Origin: an uncultured delta proteobacterium
GTDB taxonomy: Bacteria > Myxococcota_A > Polyangia > Polyangiales > Polyangiaceae
NCBI GenBank assembly: GCA_963716725.1
Contig: CAVQUB010000020.1
Span: 64,001 to 128,000 of the forward strand
Direction of reading: 5' to 3'
DNA: 64,000 nt
The notes under the pieces are model-generated. The model saw only the letters and a program-made list of their open reading frames with translations. It was not told the origin of the DNA and made no database searches. This document shows positions 19,918 to 29,648 of the stretch, one piece after another; positions within the stretch are counted from its first letter, which is position 1; each line of letters opens with the position of its first letter. Both the position numbers and the translations under genes were made by a program.

Positions 19918-20000
19918 GGAAGGGAGTGAAGGTTGTCGGTCGGGACAGGCCGTCCTAAGGCCGCAGCTCGTTTCGCTACGGAAATGGGCCAGGGAAAGCC

Positions 20001-22676
20001 ATGATGAAGCCTGAACTGATTTGCTCGATTTCACTCGCCTGCCTCTTCGTCGCTCTGACGGCCTGTGGACCACGGCCCCCCGAGTTGGATCGCGCCGACG
20101 GGGCCAACACCCAGTCCGCGCTGATCTTCGAGGCCGAGCCGGCCCTGCAGAGCGCGGCGCGGGCGCGTCTCGACCCCCGCGTGCGGCTGGCCCTGTCTGC
20201 GCGCAGCACCGGGCAACCGAACGGTTTCAGCGCCGACGCGCGCTTTGACGAGAGCGGGCGGTTTCCCGTCTACGTGCGCTTCGCTGCGTCGGGCGCGCCC
20301 GGCGGCGTGGCCCCCGAGCTTCCTGGCGTCGAGTGGGGCAATGGCGCTGAGCCGTTGCCGTCGGGGGCCTACCTGGCCCGCCTCGACCAGGCCGGCCTCG
20401 GCGCTCTCGAAGCGGATCCCGCGGTGCTCCGTGTCGAATCAGGCATGGAAATGGAAGAGTTGCAGCTGGACGCCGCTGCTGAATCCGTCCGAATCACTCC
20501 GCTGCGACGTAAGGTCCTGGCCGTCGATGGAACGCGCCTGGATGGTTCCGGCCGGCTCATCGCCGACATCGATTCCGATGCCTTCGTCTTCCACCCCGGA
20601 TTGTTCCGCGCCGATGCGGGGGCCTACGCCTGGCTCGACGTCGACAACGACGGCCACTTCGTTCCCGGCGTCGATCTGGTCGACATCGATCGGAATGGCG
20701 TGGCGACGCCGGAGGAACTCGCACATCAGCTGTTGGTGCAAAAGGTCAACAGCCAGTTCGCCCCCTTCGATTCGCACTCCGATTTTCGCTCGGACGAGGA
20801 CTTTCTGTTCCTGGATTCGAACTCCAACGGAGAGCGTGACTACGGCGAGGGATTCACGGAAGACACACCTGCCTACGGCGAGCCGCTGTTCGTCGCGGAC
20901 GACGCCAACGGCAACGGCGTCCTCGACCCCAGCGAGCGAGTGCTCCGCCTCGGCACCAGCGTGTTCCAGCGGATCCGAGACGAAGAGGGAGCCGTCTTCG
21001 TTCGTGGCGCGTCGCAAGCAGGCATCATCGACTACGGTCGTGCGCTCGTGCAGGACACCGAGCGACTGCGATCTGCGGCGCACGGCACGATGATGTGCGG
21101 CATCCTCGCGGGGGGTCCGTACCCGGGGCACCGGTGGTCCGGTATGGCGCCGGGCGCGGATGTCGTGCTCGGTGCCGGCAGGCTGCGCCCCGAAGGCATC
21201 GCCTGGGCACTGAAGTTCGCTCCTGATGCGATCAGTATGCCCTTCAGCCAACACATCTTCAGCCCGCTCGACGGCTCGAGTGAGCTCGAGCAGCTAGTGG
21301 ACTCGGTGATGAAGTCAGGATCGATTCCGGTCGTTAGCGCGGGCAACAGCGCGATCCGGGCGACGCACGCCGAGGTGACGCTTCCTGTCGGCAGCTCGTC
21401 CCTGTCCCTAACCGCCAATCTGCCGTCGTCAGGGCTGTACATCTCGGTGCTATCCCGCCGGCCCGTCGAATCGCTGGCGCTGTCGCTGAAGCTTGCCGAC
21501 GGTACGCTCGTGGACATGCCTTCCGACTCGACCTCGACCCCCGTGACGATCAGCGGTGGTGGGCGTTCGTTCAACCACATCGCCGACGTCTCGAACCGCG
21601 GCACGTTTCAGCGGCACATTCAGCTGTGGGCGCCCAACCAATTCCCCACCGGTACTTACACACTGAATGCGACGCTCTCGGATGGGAAACCACTCGAAGT
21701 GCACGTCTACTCGTCCGACGACTACCGCTATGGGTTCACCTTCAATGATCACGCGACGGTCTCGAGCACGATCGGGTCGCCGGCCACCGCCGACGACGCT
21801 CTGACGGTCACCGGCTACTCGGTTCACGAGGGTCCGAACGCCGGATTGGTCGGTCCGGCCGGTCAGCTCGCCGATTTCGCAGCGCGCGGACCACGCATTG
21901 ACGGCTTCCACAACCTCGATCTGGCCGCGCCCGTCAATCCGCTGAGCACATCCATCGACGCCGACCACCCGCACACCGCCACGCAGATGGTCTGGCCGGG
22001 CACCTCGTGCTCGGCGCCGATCGTCGTCGGCGCAATTGCGCTGCTTCGACAGCTCTATCCCCACGAAAGCGCAGAGAGCATCCGGCAACGCATACTTTCC
22101 ACCGCGAGCAAGGACGCCTACGTGAGCACGGACGTGGACCAGTGGGGTCAGGGCAAGCTCGATCTCGCTGCGGCGGCCGGCATCGAGCCCTCCGCCGGCA
22201 CGCCGCCGACGGTTCAGCTCGAGCTGCCAGCATCCATCGAGCTCGGCCAGACGCTCACTGCGCGCGTGGTGGTGACCGACGATGGCGTCGCTCACCGAAC
22301 GCGTTGGGACGTCGGCTACGACGGAAACTACGATACCGAGTGGCTCGACTCGAGCGAGCACCTGATTGAAGCGACGTCACTCGGCCCGCTTGCAGTCCGC
22401 GTCGAGACACACGATGAGGACGGCTACCTCGTCGGCGCAACGGCCACGGTGAACGTGCTCGAGGGCACCTCGGCTCCGCCGCATTCGGCAACCGGCTCCG
22501 CCGCCAGCGACTCGTCGTGCGCCATGACCGGTCGCAGTTTGGCCGCGCGCGGTCGGTTGGGCTGGCTCATGCTCGCGGTCATCGCCGGGATTTTCGGCCT
22601 GAGGCGGCTGGCATCGGGACCAGTCGTCATGCTAGCGCGCGCTGCGGGACGAGCGAGGCCCAGCGCCGAGGAATAG
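20001..22676 (+). CDS. S8 (subtilisin-like) serine peptidase lipoprotein with MYXO-CTERM-like tail
   Basis: Lipobox VALTAC; triad IADIDSD / HGTMMCG / GTSCSAP; SAGN; C-terminal SSC-linker-TM-RR. Confidence 0.83.
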   Translation: MMKPELICSISLACLFVALTACGPRPPELDRADGANTQSALIFEAEPALQSAARARLDPRVRLALSARSTGQPNGFSADARFDESGRFPVYVRFAASGAPGGVAPELPGVEWGNGAEPLPSGAYLARLDQAGLGALEADPAVLRVESGMEMEELQLDAAAESVRITPLRRKVLAVDGTRLDGSGRLIADIDSDAFVFHPGLFRADAGAYAWLDVDNDGHFVPGVDLVDIDRNGVATPEELAHQLLVQKVNSQFAPFDSHSDFRSDEDFLFLDSNSNGERDYGEGFTEDTPAYGEPLFVADDANGNGVLDPSERVLRLGTSVFQRIRDEEGAVFVRGASQAGIIDYGRALVQDTERLRSAAHGTMMCGILAGGPYPGHRWSGMAPGADVVLGAGRLRPEGIAWALKFAPDAISMPFSQHIFSPLDGSSELEQLVDSVMKSGSIPVVSAGNSAIRATHAEVTLPVGSSSLSLTANLPSSGLYISVLSRRPVESLALSLKLADGTLVDMPSDSTSTPVTISGGGRSFNHIADVSNRGTFQRHIQLWAPNQFPTGTYTLNATLSDGKPLEVHVYSSDDYRYGFTFNDHATVSSTIGSPATADDALTVTGYSVHEGPNAGLVGPAGQLADFAARGPRIDGFHNLDLAAPVNPLSTSIDADHPHTATQMVWPGTSCSAPIVVGAIALLRQLYPHESAESIRQRILSTASKDAYVSTDVDQWGQGKLDLAAAAGIEPSAGTPPTVQLELPASIELGQTLTARVVVTDDGVAHRTRWDVGYDGNYDTEWLDSSEHLIEATSLGPLAVRVETHDEDGYLVGATATVNVLEGTSAPPHSATGSAASDSSCAMTGRSLAARGRLGWLMLAVIAGIFGLRRLASGPVVMLARAAGRARPSAEE

Positions 22677-22995
22677 TGAACCGCCAACGCGAGTTCGCCG
22701 TTGCGGGATGCGGAAGGGACAACGCGGCCAACGACTCATCTCCCGGGCCCAGACCGCCCTCCAGTGAACGCTGCGGCTGACGCCCGTCAGCTCGGAACCT
22801 CGAGACTTCTGATCAGGTCGGCCGAAAGCGCTAGAACTGCAAGCATGTCTCCGCCCGAAGGCCGGGGCAGCCGCGCAGAGCTTTCGTGGAAGCGTGGCCG
22901 CGCGAACCGCTAGTATTGCGGTCGGGACTCGTTACCATCAGCTGCGCGGGGTCCGCCGTCAGCGCTCGGTCAGTATCGAAGGAAGAGCCAAAACC

Positions 22996-24981
22996 ATGAA
23001 GCGAAGCCACCTGTTTCTCATGAGCGCCACCCTGTGCGCGGGGCTGGCCGCGCTGCCAGCATGCTCGGACGACGAGGCCGGGGGCGCGACGGGCGGCACC
23101 GGCGGAGGCAGCGGCGGTTCGGTGACGGGTGGCGCGGCCGGGACAGGCGGAAGCATTGGCGGCGCGGCGGGAGGCGGCGGGACCAGCGGATCCGGCGGCG
23201 CCGCCGGCAGCGGCGGAGCCGGAGGCGCCTTCGCCTGCGACTCGACCAAGTACGACCCGACGACCTACAAGACCAGCAAGGGACAGAGCATCCCGCAGGT
23301 GTACGCGGGTGCCTGCCAGGGCTGTCACGGCGTGTACCGCCAGGGCAACCTCGGCCCGAACCTGCTGCCGGAGGGCCAGATCGCGGGTCAGCCCGATCAG
23401 CAGCTGTGGACGACGATCAAGAACGGCAAGAAGGGTACTCCGATGGACCCCACCTACTTCCCGGAGCTCGCCGGCAGCGACGCGGACATCTGCGCCATGG
23501 TCGCGCTGCTCCGCAGCCCGGTCGACAGCAGCAAGCTCACCTGGACCACGGCGGACATCAACGGGTCCATGCGCATCACGTACCCGGGCTCCGAGTGCGG
23601 AGGGCTCAAGGACGACGGCAAGCTGGACGCACCATGCACGGTGACGCTGGCTCAAGTCGAGGCGCTGCTGCCGGCGACGAGCACCGCGACGCACGACCTC
23701 GAAAACTTGATGCTGGTCACCGAGCGCGAAAGCCGCAAGATCGCCGTCTTCGATGCCGCGAAGACCGACACCGGTGGCAAGAAGGGCGTCTTCGTCGGCG
23801 AGATCGCCGCGTCGTACCGCGCCCACGGTTACACCTTCGATCCAGCGATGTCGGTCAGCGACGGCAGCATCGTCAGCAACCGCAAGCGCTGGGTCTACAA
23901 CGTGGGACGCGACGGCTTCCTGTACAAGATCGATCTGGTGACGCTCAAGGCGCTCGCTAGGGTTCGAGTTGGGATCGACGCCCGAGCCATCGCTGTCTCG
24001 GACGACGGCAAGCACGTGATCGTCGGCAATTACATCCCATACAGCGCCGTCATCGTGGACACCGCGACCATGCTGGTCGCCCAGTATCTGGACACCACGG
24101 CGGCGGGGACGATGGCGGGCAAGGACAGCCGCGTCGCCGGCATCAACGCCACGCAGCGCTGGATTGGCTACGACGGCAGCGCCTACAAGAAGGCCGGCGT
24201 CGGGGGCTACTTCTTGATGTTGCTCAAGGACGCGGGCGAGGTCTGGCGCGTCGACACCACGGGCACGTCCGGTTCGTTTGCCATCAAGAAGCTGGACAAG
24301 GTCGGGCAGATCCTCCACGAGGCCTTCAACTCCAGCGATCAGAAGACGCTCTTCGCCACGGCGCAGGCCAGCGGCTACATCAGCGTGATCGACGTCCCGA
24401 GCTGGACCGAGAAGGTGAAGATCTTCAGCAGCAACCAACCTCACCCTGGCCCGGGGGCGGTCTGGACCTTCGACGTCAACAAGAACAACACCATCGACGC
24501 CGACGAGACCTTCGCGGCGACCATCCACATCGGTTCCGCCCAGCTCTTGGTCTGGAACGTGGACAAGGCCGCGGCAGGTACCGAGGACGCCTTCTCGGTA
24601 GGCACCGGCGGCCCGGGACTGTTCGTGAACACCACCGACAAGGCCACGGGCGTTTGGGGCGATCAGACCTTCAGCACGACCGACACCGCCAGCATCACCA
24701 AGTTCTCCAAGGACCCCGCGGTGCTCGCCGACGCCAACAAGCGCTCCGACCTGTCCATCGTCGGCGCGAGCAAGTTGGTCCACCCCGAGATGGACGCCAG
24801 CGGGAAGTACGTGTGGGTGAGCGACTGGACCGGACACAAGGTCTACGTGCTCGAGGAGAACCCGACAAAGCCCTACGCCGCGGGTAAGAACTCGGTGACG
24901 CCCTACAAGACCTTCCCGAACATCCCGGACCCGACCGGGATCTTCAACACCCACCGCCGCTACAGCCCGCTGGGGCACTGA
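22996..24981 (+). CDS. Cytochrome cd1 (NirS/NirN-like) lipoprotein
   Basis: Lipobox LPAC with Gly linker; CQGCHGVYRQG heme c motif; GTPM; propeller motifs DLENL, YRAH, VGRDG, ILHE, QPHPGPGA, VHPE, PTGIFN. Confidence 0.78.
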   Translation: MKRSHLFLMSATLCAGLAALPACSDDEAGGATGGTGGGSGGSVTGGAAGTGGSIGGAAGGGGTSGSGGAAGSGGAGGAFACDSTKYDPTTYKTSKGQSIPQVYAGACQGCHGVYRQGNLGPNLLPEGQIAGQPDQQLWTTIKNGKKGTPMDPTYFPELAGSDADICAMVALLRSPVDSSKLTWTTADINGSMRITYPGSECGGLKDDGKLDAPCTVTLAQVEALLPATSTATHDLENLMLVTERESRKIAVFDAAKTDTGGKKGVFVGEIAASYRAHGYTFDPAMSVSDGSIVSNRKRWVYNVGRDGFLYKIDLVTLKALARVRVGIDARAIAVSDDGKHVIVGNYIPYSAVIVDTATMLVAQYLDTTAAGTMAGKDSRVAGINATQRWIGYDGSAYKKAGVGGYFLMLLKDAGEVWRVDTTGTSGSFAIKKLDKVGQILHEAFNSSDQKTLFATAQASGYISVIDVPSWTEKVKIFSSNQPHPGPGAVWTFDVNKNNTIDADETFAATIHIGSAQLLVWNVDKAAAGTEDAFSVGTGGPGLFVNTTDKATGVWGDQTFSTTDTASITKFSKDPAVLADANKRSDLSIVGASKLVHPEMDASGKYVWVSDWTGHKVYVLEENPTKPYAAGKNSVTPYKTFPNIPDPTGIFNTHRRYSPLGH

Positions 24982-25099
24982 ACGGCTCGAGCCTGTCGCG
25001 CGTATCAGCTCGCCGCGACTCCCTCGCGCTCGACGCTGCGGGCCCCATTCTATTTGCCATCGTCTCGCCCTAGTTCGGGCGAGGGAGCGGACCCAAACC

Positions 25100-27763
25100 A
25101 TGGGCAGCGACGATCAGATCGAACGCAATCGGCCTGGAATCGGCCTGCGCGGAGCGGCGATTGTAGCGATGCTCCTGGCGGTGACGGCCATCTTCAGTGC
25201 CGTCGACCACACGCTCTCTCCGGCCGCATCAGCCCCTGTGGGCGCGGCCACCGCCGAACCCGAGCCCACGACGCCGCCAGCCGAGCGAACCTTGGTGCTC
25301 TTCGTCGACTCACTGCCGTTGGCGGTGACCGCCGACCCGAAGCTGATGCCGAACCTTGCGCGATTCAAAGCGGAAGCCGCCTGGGCACCGTCCAGCGGGT
25401 GTCGCGATCAGGTCACCGTTCCCGCGGTGCGCGCGGCCTTCTCGGGGCGCGATCACTTCCGCATCTTCGGCTTCGTGGAGAACTTCGCCAAGGGCGGCCA
25501 GGCCTTCGAGTCCATCTTCGATCAATGGCGCGCCGCGGGGCGCAAAGTGCTGGTGTACTCCGACGACTCCTTCGATCAGTTCGGGGCGGCCGCGCTGACC
25601 CACCGCGCGGTCGATGCGCCGCCCCAGAACCAGAGCTTGGCTGCTCACCAGTACGGTCTCTTCCAGCAGGCGCTGGGGGAGTTCGGCGACGGCAACTGGG
25701 ACGCCCTGCTGTTTCACGCGACCTTCGCCGACGAGACCTCGCACCGCGTCCCGCATGGTGGCGGACGCTACCGCTGGGCTTGGAGCGAGGTCGATCGCTG
25801 GATCGGCCAGGCCATGAGCGTCGTGCAGCCGGACCAGAACCTGATGATCATGGGTGATCACGGCCACGACGAGCGTGGCGTGCACGTCATGGGCCTCGAC
25901 CTGCACACCTTCGTTGGTGTTCGGGGGCCACGTTTTGCCAAGGGCCACGAGCTGCCCGAGCAACCGATCACGTCGGTGCGCTACCTTCTCAGCTGGGCCA
26001 CGGGCACGCCGCTCTCGCGTGGCTACCAGGGAGACAGTCTGCCCGCGGCGCTGTCGAGTCAGTCGGTCGTGCCCGGGTCCTTCACCCGCACAGCCCTGAC
26101 CGCGCCAGCGCGCCCCGCGGGCTGGGCAGTGGCAGCGCTCGTCGCCTTGATCGGCTCACTGTTCGGGCTCTGGTTCTTCGGCCAGAGACGCGGTTTTGGC
26201 CTGGCGGACTCCGCGGCCGTGCTCGTGCCCAGCGTCTTGGTGCTCGCGGCAGCGCACCACGCTTGGGGTCTGCCCGCTGCGGCAGCCGTGGCCCTGGCTG
26301 CACTGGCGCTCCGGCTCCGCTCCGACAGGCCGGCACCGGCGAACGACCGGCGCTTCGCCGCCGCTGGCGCAGCGCTCACCGCGTCGATGGTCGGCTATGG
26401 CTACGTGAGCGCTGCCCAGGTCTTGAGCGAGCGGCTGTCATGGTCGGACAAGTTCTCGACCGTGCTCACCCCCGCGCTCGGTGTCGCCTGCGTGGTGTGC
26501 GCGGTGCTCGGTCCGAAATGGGGAAGCTGGATTTGCGCCGGCGCAGCGCTGCTGCTCTTGCCCACGACCAACTACGCATGGGGAGCCGTCAGTGTCTGGG
26601 GTCCGCTGCTGCTCTTGGTCGCGCTGGCTCACGCTACGGCCGCCGAACTCCCTCGATTCCGTGACGGGACGCGCGGCTGGTCCCGCGCCGAGAGCGTGGC
26701 CAGCGTGCTTGCCGTGCTCGCCGTCTTTTGGATCGTTCAGCAACACTGGGTCGTCGTCGGCTGGGACTTCAAGTTCCGCCGCTTCGACCCTTGGTTCGTT
26801 GCGCTGGCGTGGAGTGGCTCCCTGGGGTGGCACACGGCGTCGCTGGTCGCCAAGTTCGTGTTCTTGGTGCGCTGGACCCGCAGTTGGCGCTTGCACTTCA
26901 TCTCGTTCGGCGGAATTGCGCTGCTCACGGCCTACGAGTGGGGAGTCTTGCCGCGAGCCTCGCTCTACAACGTTCCGCTGATCGCGGGCTTGTTCGCCGC
27001 GGCAGCAGTGGTGCCGCGGCTCTTCGCGCATCCGGACACGCGACGGGAGTCCCGGCACGTGCTCCTGCTGGTCGCTTCGATGCTGGCGTTTTTCTTCCTG
27101 GTGCGCAGCCCGGTCAACATGCACCTCTCGCTGGCTCCGGCCGCGGCGGCCCTCGGCCTCAGCGCCCGCCTCGTGCGTCCGCTGCGCCCGGACGTGCGGC
27201 GCGCCGCGCACGTCTTGCTCCTGTGCTTGGGGCTGATCATCGCCGGATGGGTCGGCGTCTGCTGGTCGACCACTCACGTGGAGTGGGCCTTTTTGTCCGA
27301 ACACTTCGGCGCCGAGCAGATCCGAAGCCACATCTTGCTCTTCCTACCGTTGCTCGCACTCCGCTACGCGCTGCCCGTATTCGTGTTCCGCCAGGTGGTG
27401 CAGGCGGAGCTCGGTGACACCGATCGTCAGCAGCACGACTGGGTCTGGACGGCCTACGGCGCGAAGCTCGGTGCAGTCGTGGCCGGGACCCTTGGCGTCG
27501 GCCTGGCGATCGGCACGACCGCATTCTTCCTCGAAGGCGTCCAGCAGGCAGCCGTGTTGGCGATCCTCGGCTTCGGGTTGCTCGGATTGCCCCGCGCGGC
27601 TCGCGCTCAAACGCCCGCTGCCGAGACGTCCTGGCTCTGGGGCACGGTGGCCGCCGCCGCGCACGCTCTCGGGCTGGCAGGACGGTCTCCGACCGACCCG
27701 CCCGGGGCTGTCGACCTCGTGTCGGTCGCTAGAAATCCCCGAACGCCTGCTGGATCAGGCTGA
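25100..27763 (+). CDS. Alkaline-phosphatase-superfamily polytopic membrane protein resembling GPI ethanolamine-phosphate transferases
   Basis: N-terminal TM; LVLFVDSL, QVTVP, VYSDDSF, WDALLFH..ADETSH, IMGDHGH..GVH; then many hydrophobic segments. Confidence 0.7.
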   Translation: MGSDDQIERNRPGIGLRGAAIVAMLLAVTAIFSAVDHTLSPAASAPVGAATAEPEPTTPPAERTLVLFVDSLPLAVTADPKLMPNLARFKAEAAWAPSSGCRDQVTVPAVRAAFSGRDHFRIFGFVENFAKGGQAFESIFDQWRAAGRKVLVYSDDSFDQFGAAALTHRAVDAPPQNQSLAAHQYGLFQQALGEFGDGNWDALLFHATFADETSHRVPHGGGRYRWAWSEVDRWIGQAMSVVQPDQNLMIMGDHGHDERGVHVMGLDLHTFVGVRGPRFAKGHELPEQPITSVRYLLSWATGTPLSRGYQGDSLPAALSSQSVVPGSFTRTALTAPARPAGWAVAALVALIGSLFGLWFFGQRRGFGLADSAAVLVPSVLVLAAAHHAWGLPAAAAVALAALALRLRSDRPAPANDRRFAAAGAALTASMVGYGYVSAAQVLSERLSWSDKFSTVLTPALGVACVVCAVLGPKWGSWICAGAALLLLPTTNYAWGAVSVWGPLLLLVALAHATAAELPRFRDGTRGWSRAESVASVLAVLAVFWIVQQHWVVVGWDFKFRRFDPWFVALAWSGSLGWHTASLVAKFVFLVRWTRSWRLHFISFGGIALLTAYEWGVLPRASLYNVPLIAGLFAAAAVVPRLFAHPDTRRESRHVLLLVASMLAFFFLVRSPVNMHLSLAPAAAALGLSARLVRPLRPDVRRAAHVLLLCLGLIIAGWVGVCWSTTHVEWAFLSEHFGAEQIRSHILLFLPLLALRYALPVFVFRQVVQAELGDTDRQQHDWVWTAYGAKLGAVVAGTLGVGLAIGTTAFFLEGVQQAAVLAILGFGLLGLPRAARAQTPAAETSWLWGTVAAAAHALGLAGRSPTDPPGAVDLVSVARNPRTPAGSG

Positions 27764-28472
27764 CACCGACCAGCACCGCGGTCTCGGCACGGAGCACCCT
27801 GCCGCCGAAACTGAGCGCGGTCGCCCCGCGGTCGGCGAGCCGGGCGCGCTCGTCGTCAGTGAACCCTCCTTCAGGCCCCACCACGAAGGCAACGCTCGCC
27901 ACGTCGTCCCCGGGCACGAGCGTCGATCCGTCGCGCGCGCGATCATCGAGGGTGTAACGCCGGGTCGCACCTCGAAAGCTCTGGGCGTCGAGGGCGTCGA
28001 CGAGGGGGATGGCGGGTTGAACGTCGGGGACGCTGGCCCGGCGACACTGCCGCGCCGCGCGCAGGGCTTGCCCCGGCCAGGCGTGGGCCTTCTCGTGCGC
28101 CAGCCCGCTGCGTTGCACCGAGCGCTCACACAGCACCGGCACGATCCGCACAACGCCGAGTTCGGTGGCCTTCTGCACCACGCCCAACATGCGCTGCCGC
28201 GCGAGCACCGCGCACACGAGCGTGATCTCCACCGGCGACTCCGTCGATTCGGACATCTGCTCGTAGACGAGCGCCTCGCCACCGTCCGATCCGAGAACTG
28301 TAAGCGACGCGCGAAAGAAGTCGCCGCACTGATCGACGATGGTGAAGGCCTCCTTGGGATTGATCTGGCGAAACCTCAGGCCTCGAGCGTGCGTGTCGTC
28401 GAGCTCGATGCACTGCCCTGCAGCCAGCACCTGAGCGTGACGAAGCGGAGCGTTGGGTACCGGGAGCGGCAC
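27729..28472 (-). CDS. rsmE: 16S rRNA m3U1498 methyltransferase
   Basis: VVQKATELGVVRIVPVLCERS, AARQCRRA, VVGPEGGFT, GRVLRAETA. Confidence 0.9.
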   Translation of the reverse strand: MPLPVPNAPLRHAQVLAAGQCIELDDTHARGLRFRQINPKEAFTIVDQCGDFFRASLTVLGSDGGEALVYEQMSESTESPVEITLVCAVLARQRMLGVVQKATELGVVRIVPVLCERSVQRSGLAHEKAHAWPGQALRAARQCRRASVPDVQPAIPLVDALDAQSFRGATRRYTLDDRARDGSTLVPGDDVASVAFVVGPEGGFTDDERARLADRGATALSFGGRVLRAETAVLVGVSLIQQAFGDF

Positions 28473-28484
28473 TCGAGTGGTCTT

Positions 28485-29633
28485 TCAAGCTCCGCGCAGC
28501 GCCGCCGCACGCGCTCGGGCCACCGAAGGCGCGTCGACGTGGGCGCCGGCCGGCAGGAATGCGACGCCGTTCTCGTCGAGCACCGTCGCGATCACGCGAG
28601 GCAAGAACTCGCTGGCATCCACGTGACCGAGGGCGGCGCGAACGACCGCGCTCGCGCCGAGACCCGGCACCACGAGGGACCCCGCCGGCTCTCGCACGAC
28701 GACGTCGCGTTGCAGCTTCCTCGCGCCGGTCACGCAGGGCGACAGCGCGGCAATTCTCAAGACCCAGCTCTGATCGGCGGCGGCAGCCCGAGCGCGGTCG
28801 GACAGCTCCCAGTGCAGGAAGAGGGCGCCGCCCCGTGGGATCGCGACCAATACGTCCGTCCGCGAATGAGGATCGTCCGCGCGGGGCTCGGGCGCACGCG
28901 CCGGGGCTTCGACGGCAACTGCGACCTCGACAGCTTCGACCTCGACGACTTCGACCTCGACGACGGCGCTCGCCACCTCGACGACTTCGACCTCGACGAC
29001 GGCGCTCGCCACCTCGACGACGGCGCTCGCCACCTCGAAGCCGGGGGGAGTCGCGGGCAGCAGCTCTGCTTCGACCGGCGGGGATTCGTCCGGCGGGGAT
29101 TCGTCCCAGACCTCGTCGCCAGGCGCAGGCGCCGCCGGGAGCTCTTCGGACTCGGGGGCCGGGACGTCTTCGGGCGCTTCCGGCTCGACGACCCGAGCCG
29201 GTGCCGGTCGCGGCGTCGCAAGGCGATCGCGGAGCGCTCGCGCAGCGGCGTGGTCGGGCTCGTTCTCGAGCACCTGATCGAGCATGCCGAGGGCACGCTT
29301 CAGATGGCCCTGTGCGGCGTAGATTTCTGCGAGCGTCACCGTGGCCACGGGCGCTTGGTGCAACACCCGAGTGGGCGCGACTCCCTGCCGCACGAGCTCC
29401 GCGGCGTCGGGCATGTTGAGCCCCTGCTCGATCAAGCTGGCGACCAAGTCGCGCGCCACGCCCAGCCACCCGCGGGCTCTACGTCGGGCGTTGACGTCGG
29501 TCTCTTGTCGCCGGATGATCTCGTCGATCATCTCGACCCGCGTCATGACTTCGGGCCGCGGGACACCGAGGCGGCGCGCGCGCTCGATCAGCCCACTTCG
29601 GTTCAATGCCTCGAGCTCGTTACGCGTCGTCAC
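28485..29633 (-). CDS. Rho-N-like/TPR-like/DUF4912-like protein with acidic low-complexity linker
   Basis: N-terminal ELEALNRSGLIERARRLGV..MTRVEMIDEI; TVTLAEIYAAQG; C-terminal LVAIP...LFLHWEL. Confidence 0.6.
   Translation of the reverse strand: MTTRNELEALNRSGLIERARRLGVPRPEVMTRVEMIDEIIRRQETDVNARRRARGWLGVARDLVASLIEQGLNMPDAAELVRQGVAPTRVLHQAPVATVTLAEIYAAQGHLKRALGMLDQVLENEPDHAAARALRDRLATPRPAPARVVEPEAPEDVPAPESEELPAAPAPGDEVWDESPPDESPPVEAELLPATPPGFEVASAVVEVASAVVEVEVVEVASAVVEVEVVEVEAVEVAVAVEAPARAPEPRADDPHSRTDVLVAIPRGGALFLHWELSDRARAAAADQSWVLRIAALSPCVTGARKLQRDVVVREPAGSLVVPGLGASAVVRAALGHVDASEFLPRVIATVLDENGVAFLPAGAHVDAPSVARARAAALRGA
28924..29038. repeat. Coding tandem repeat of 15- and 21-bp units (EVASAVV / EVEVV)
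   Basis: Repeated ACCTCGACGACGGCGCTCGCC and ACCTCGACGACTTCG. Confidence 0.85.
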
Positions 29634-29648
29634 CGGGCCGCGACTGTA

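Noticed and set aside
22677..22995. FNR/DNR box or riboswitch upstream of the cd1-like gene
   Set aside because: No TTGAT-N4-ATCAA match and no recognisable riboswitch; only a weak hairpin after the protease stop.
23075..23230. Gly-rich repeats here and at about 9300-9450
   Set aside because: Ordinary flexible linkers of myxobacterial lipoproteins.
17000..27763. Accessory block as an integrated genomic island or prophage
   Set aside because: No integrase, tRNA anchor, att repeats or phage genes are visible.
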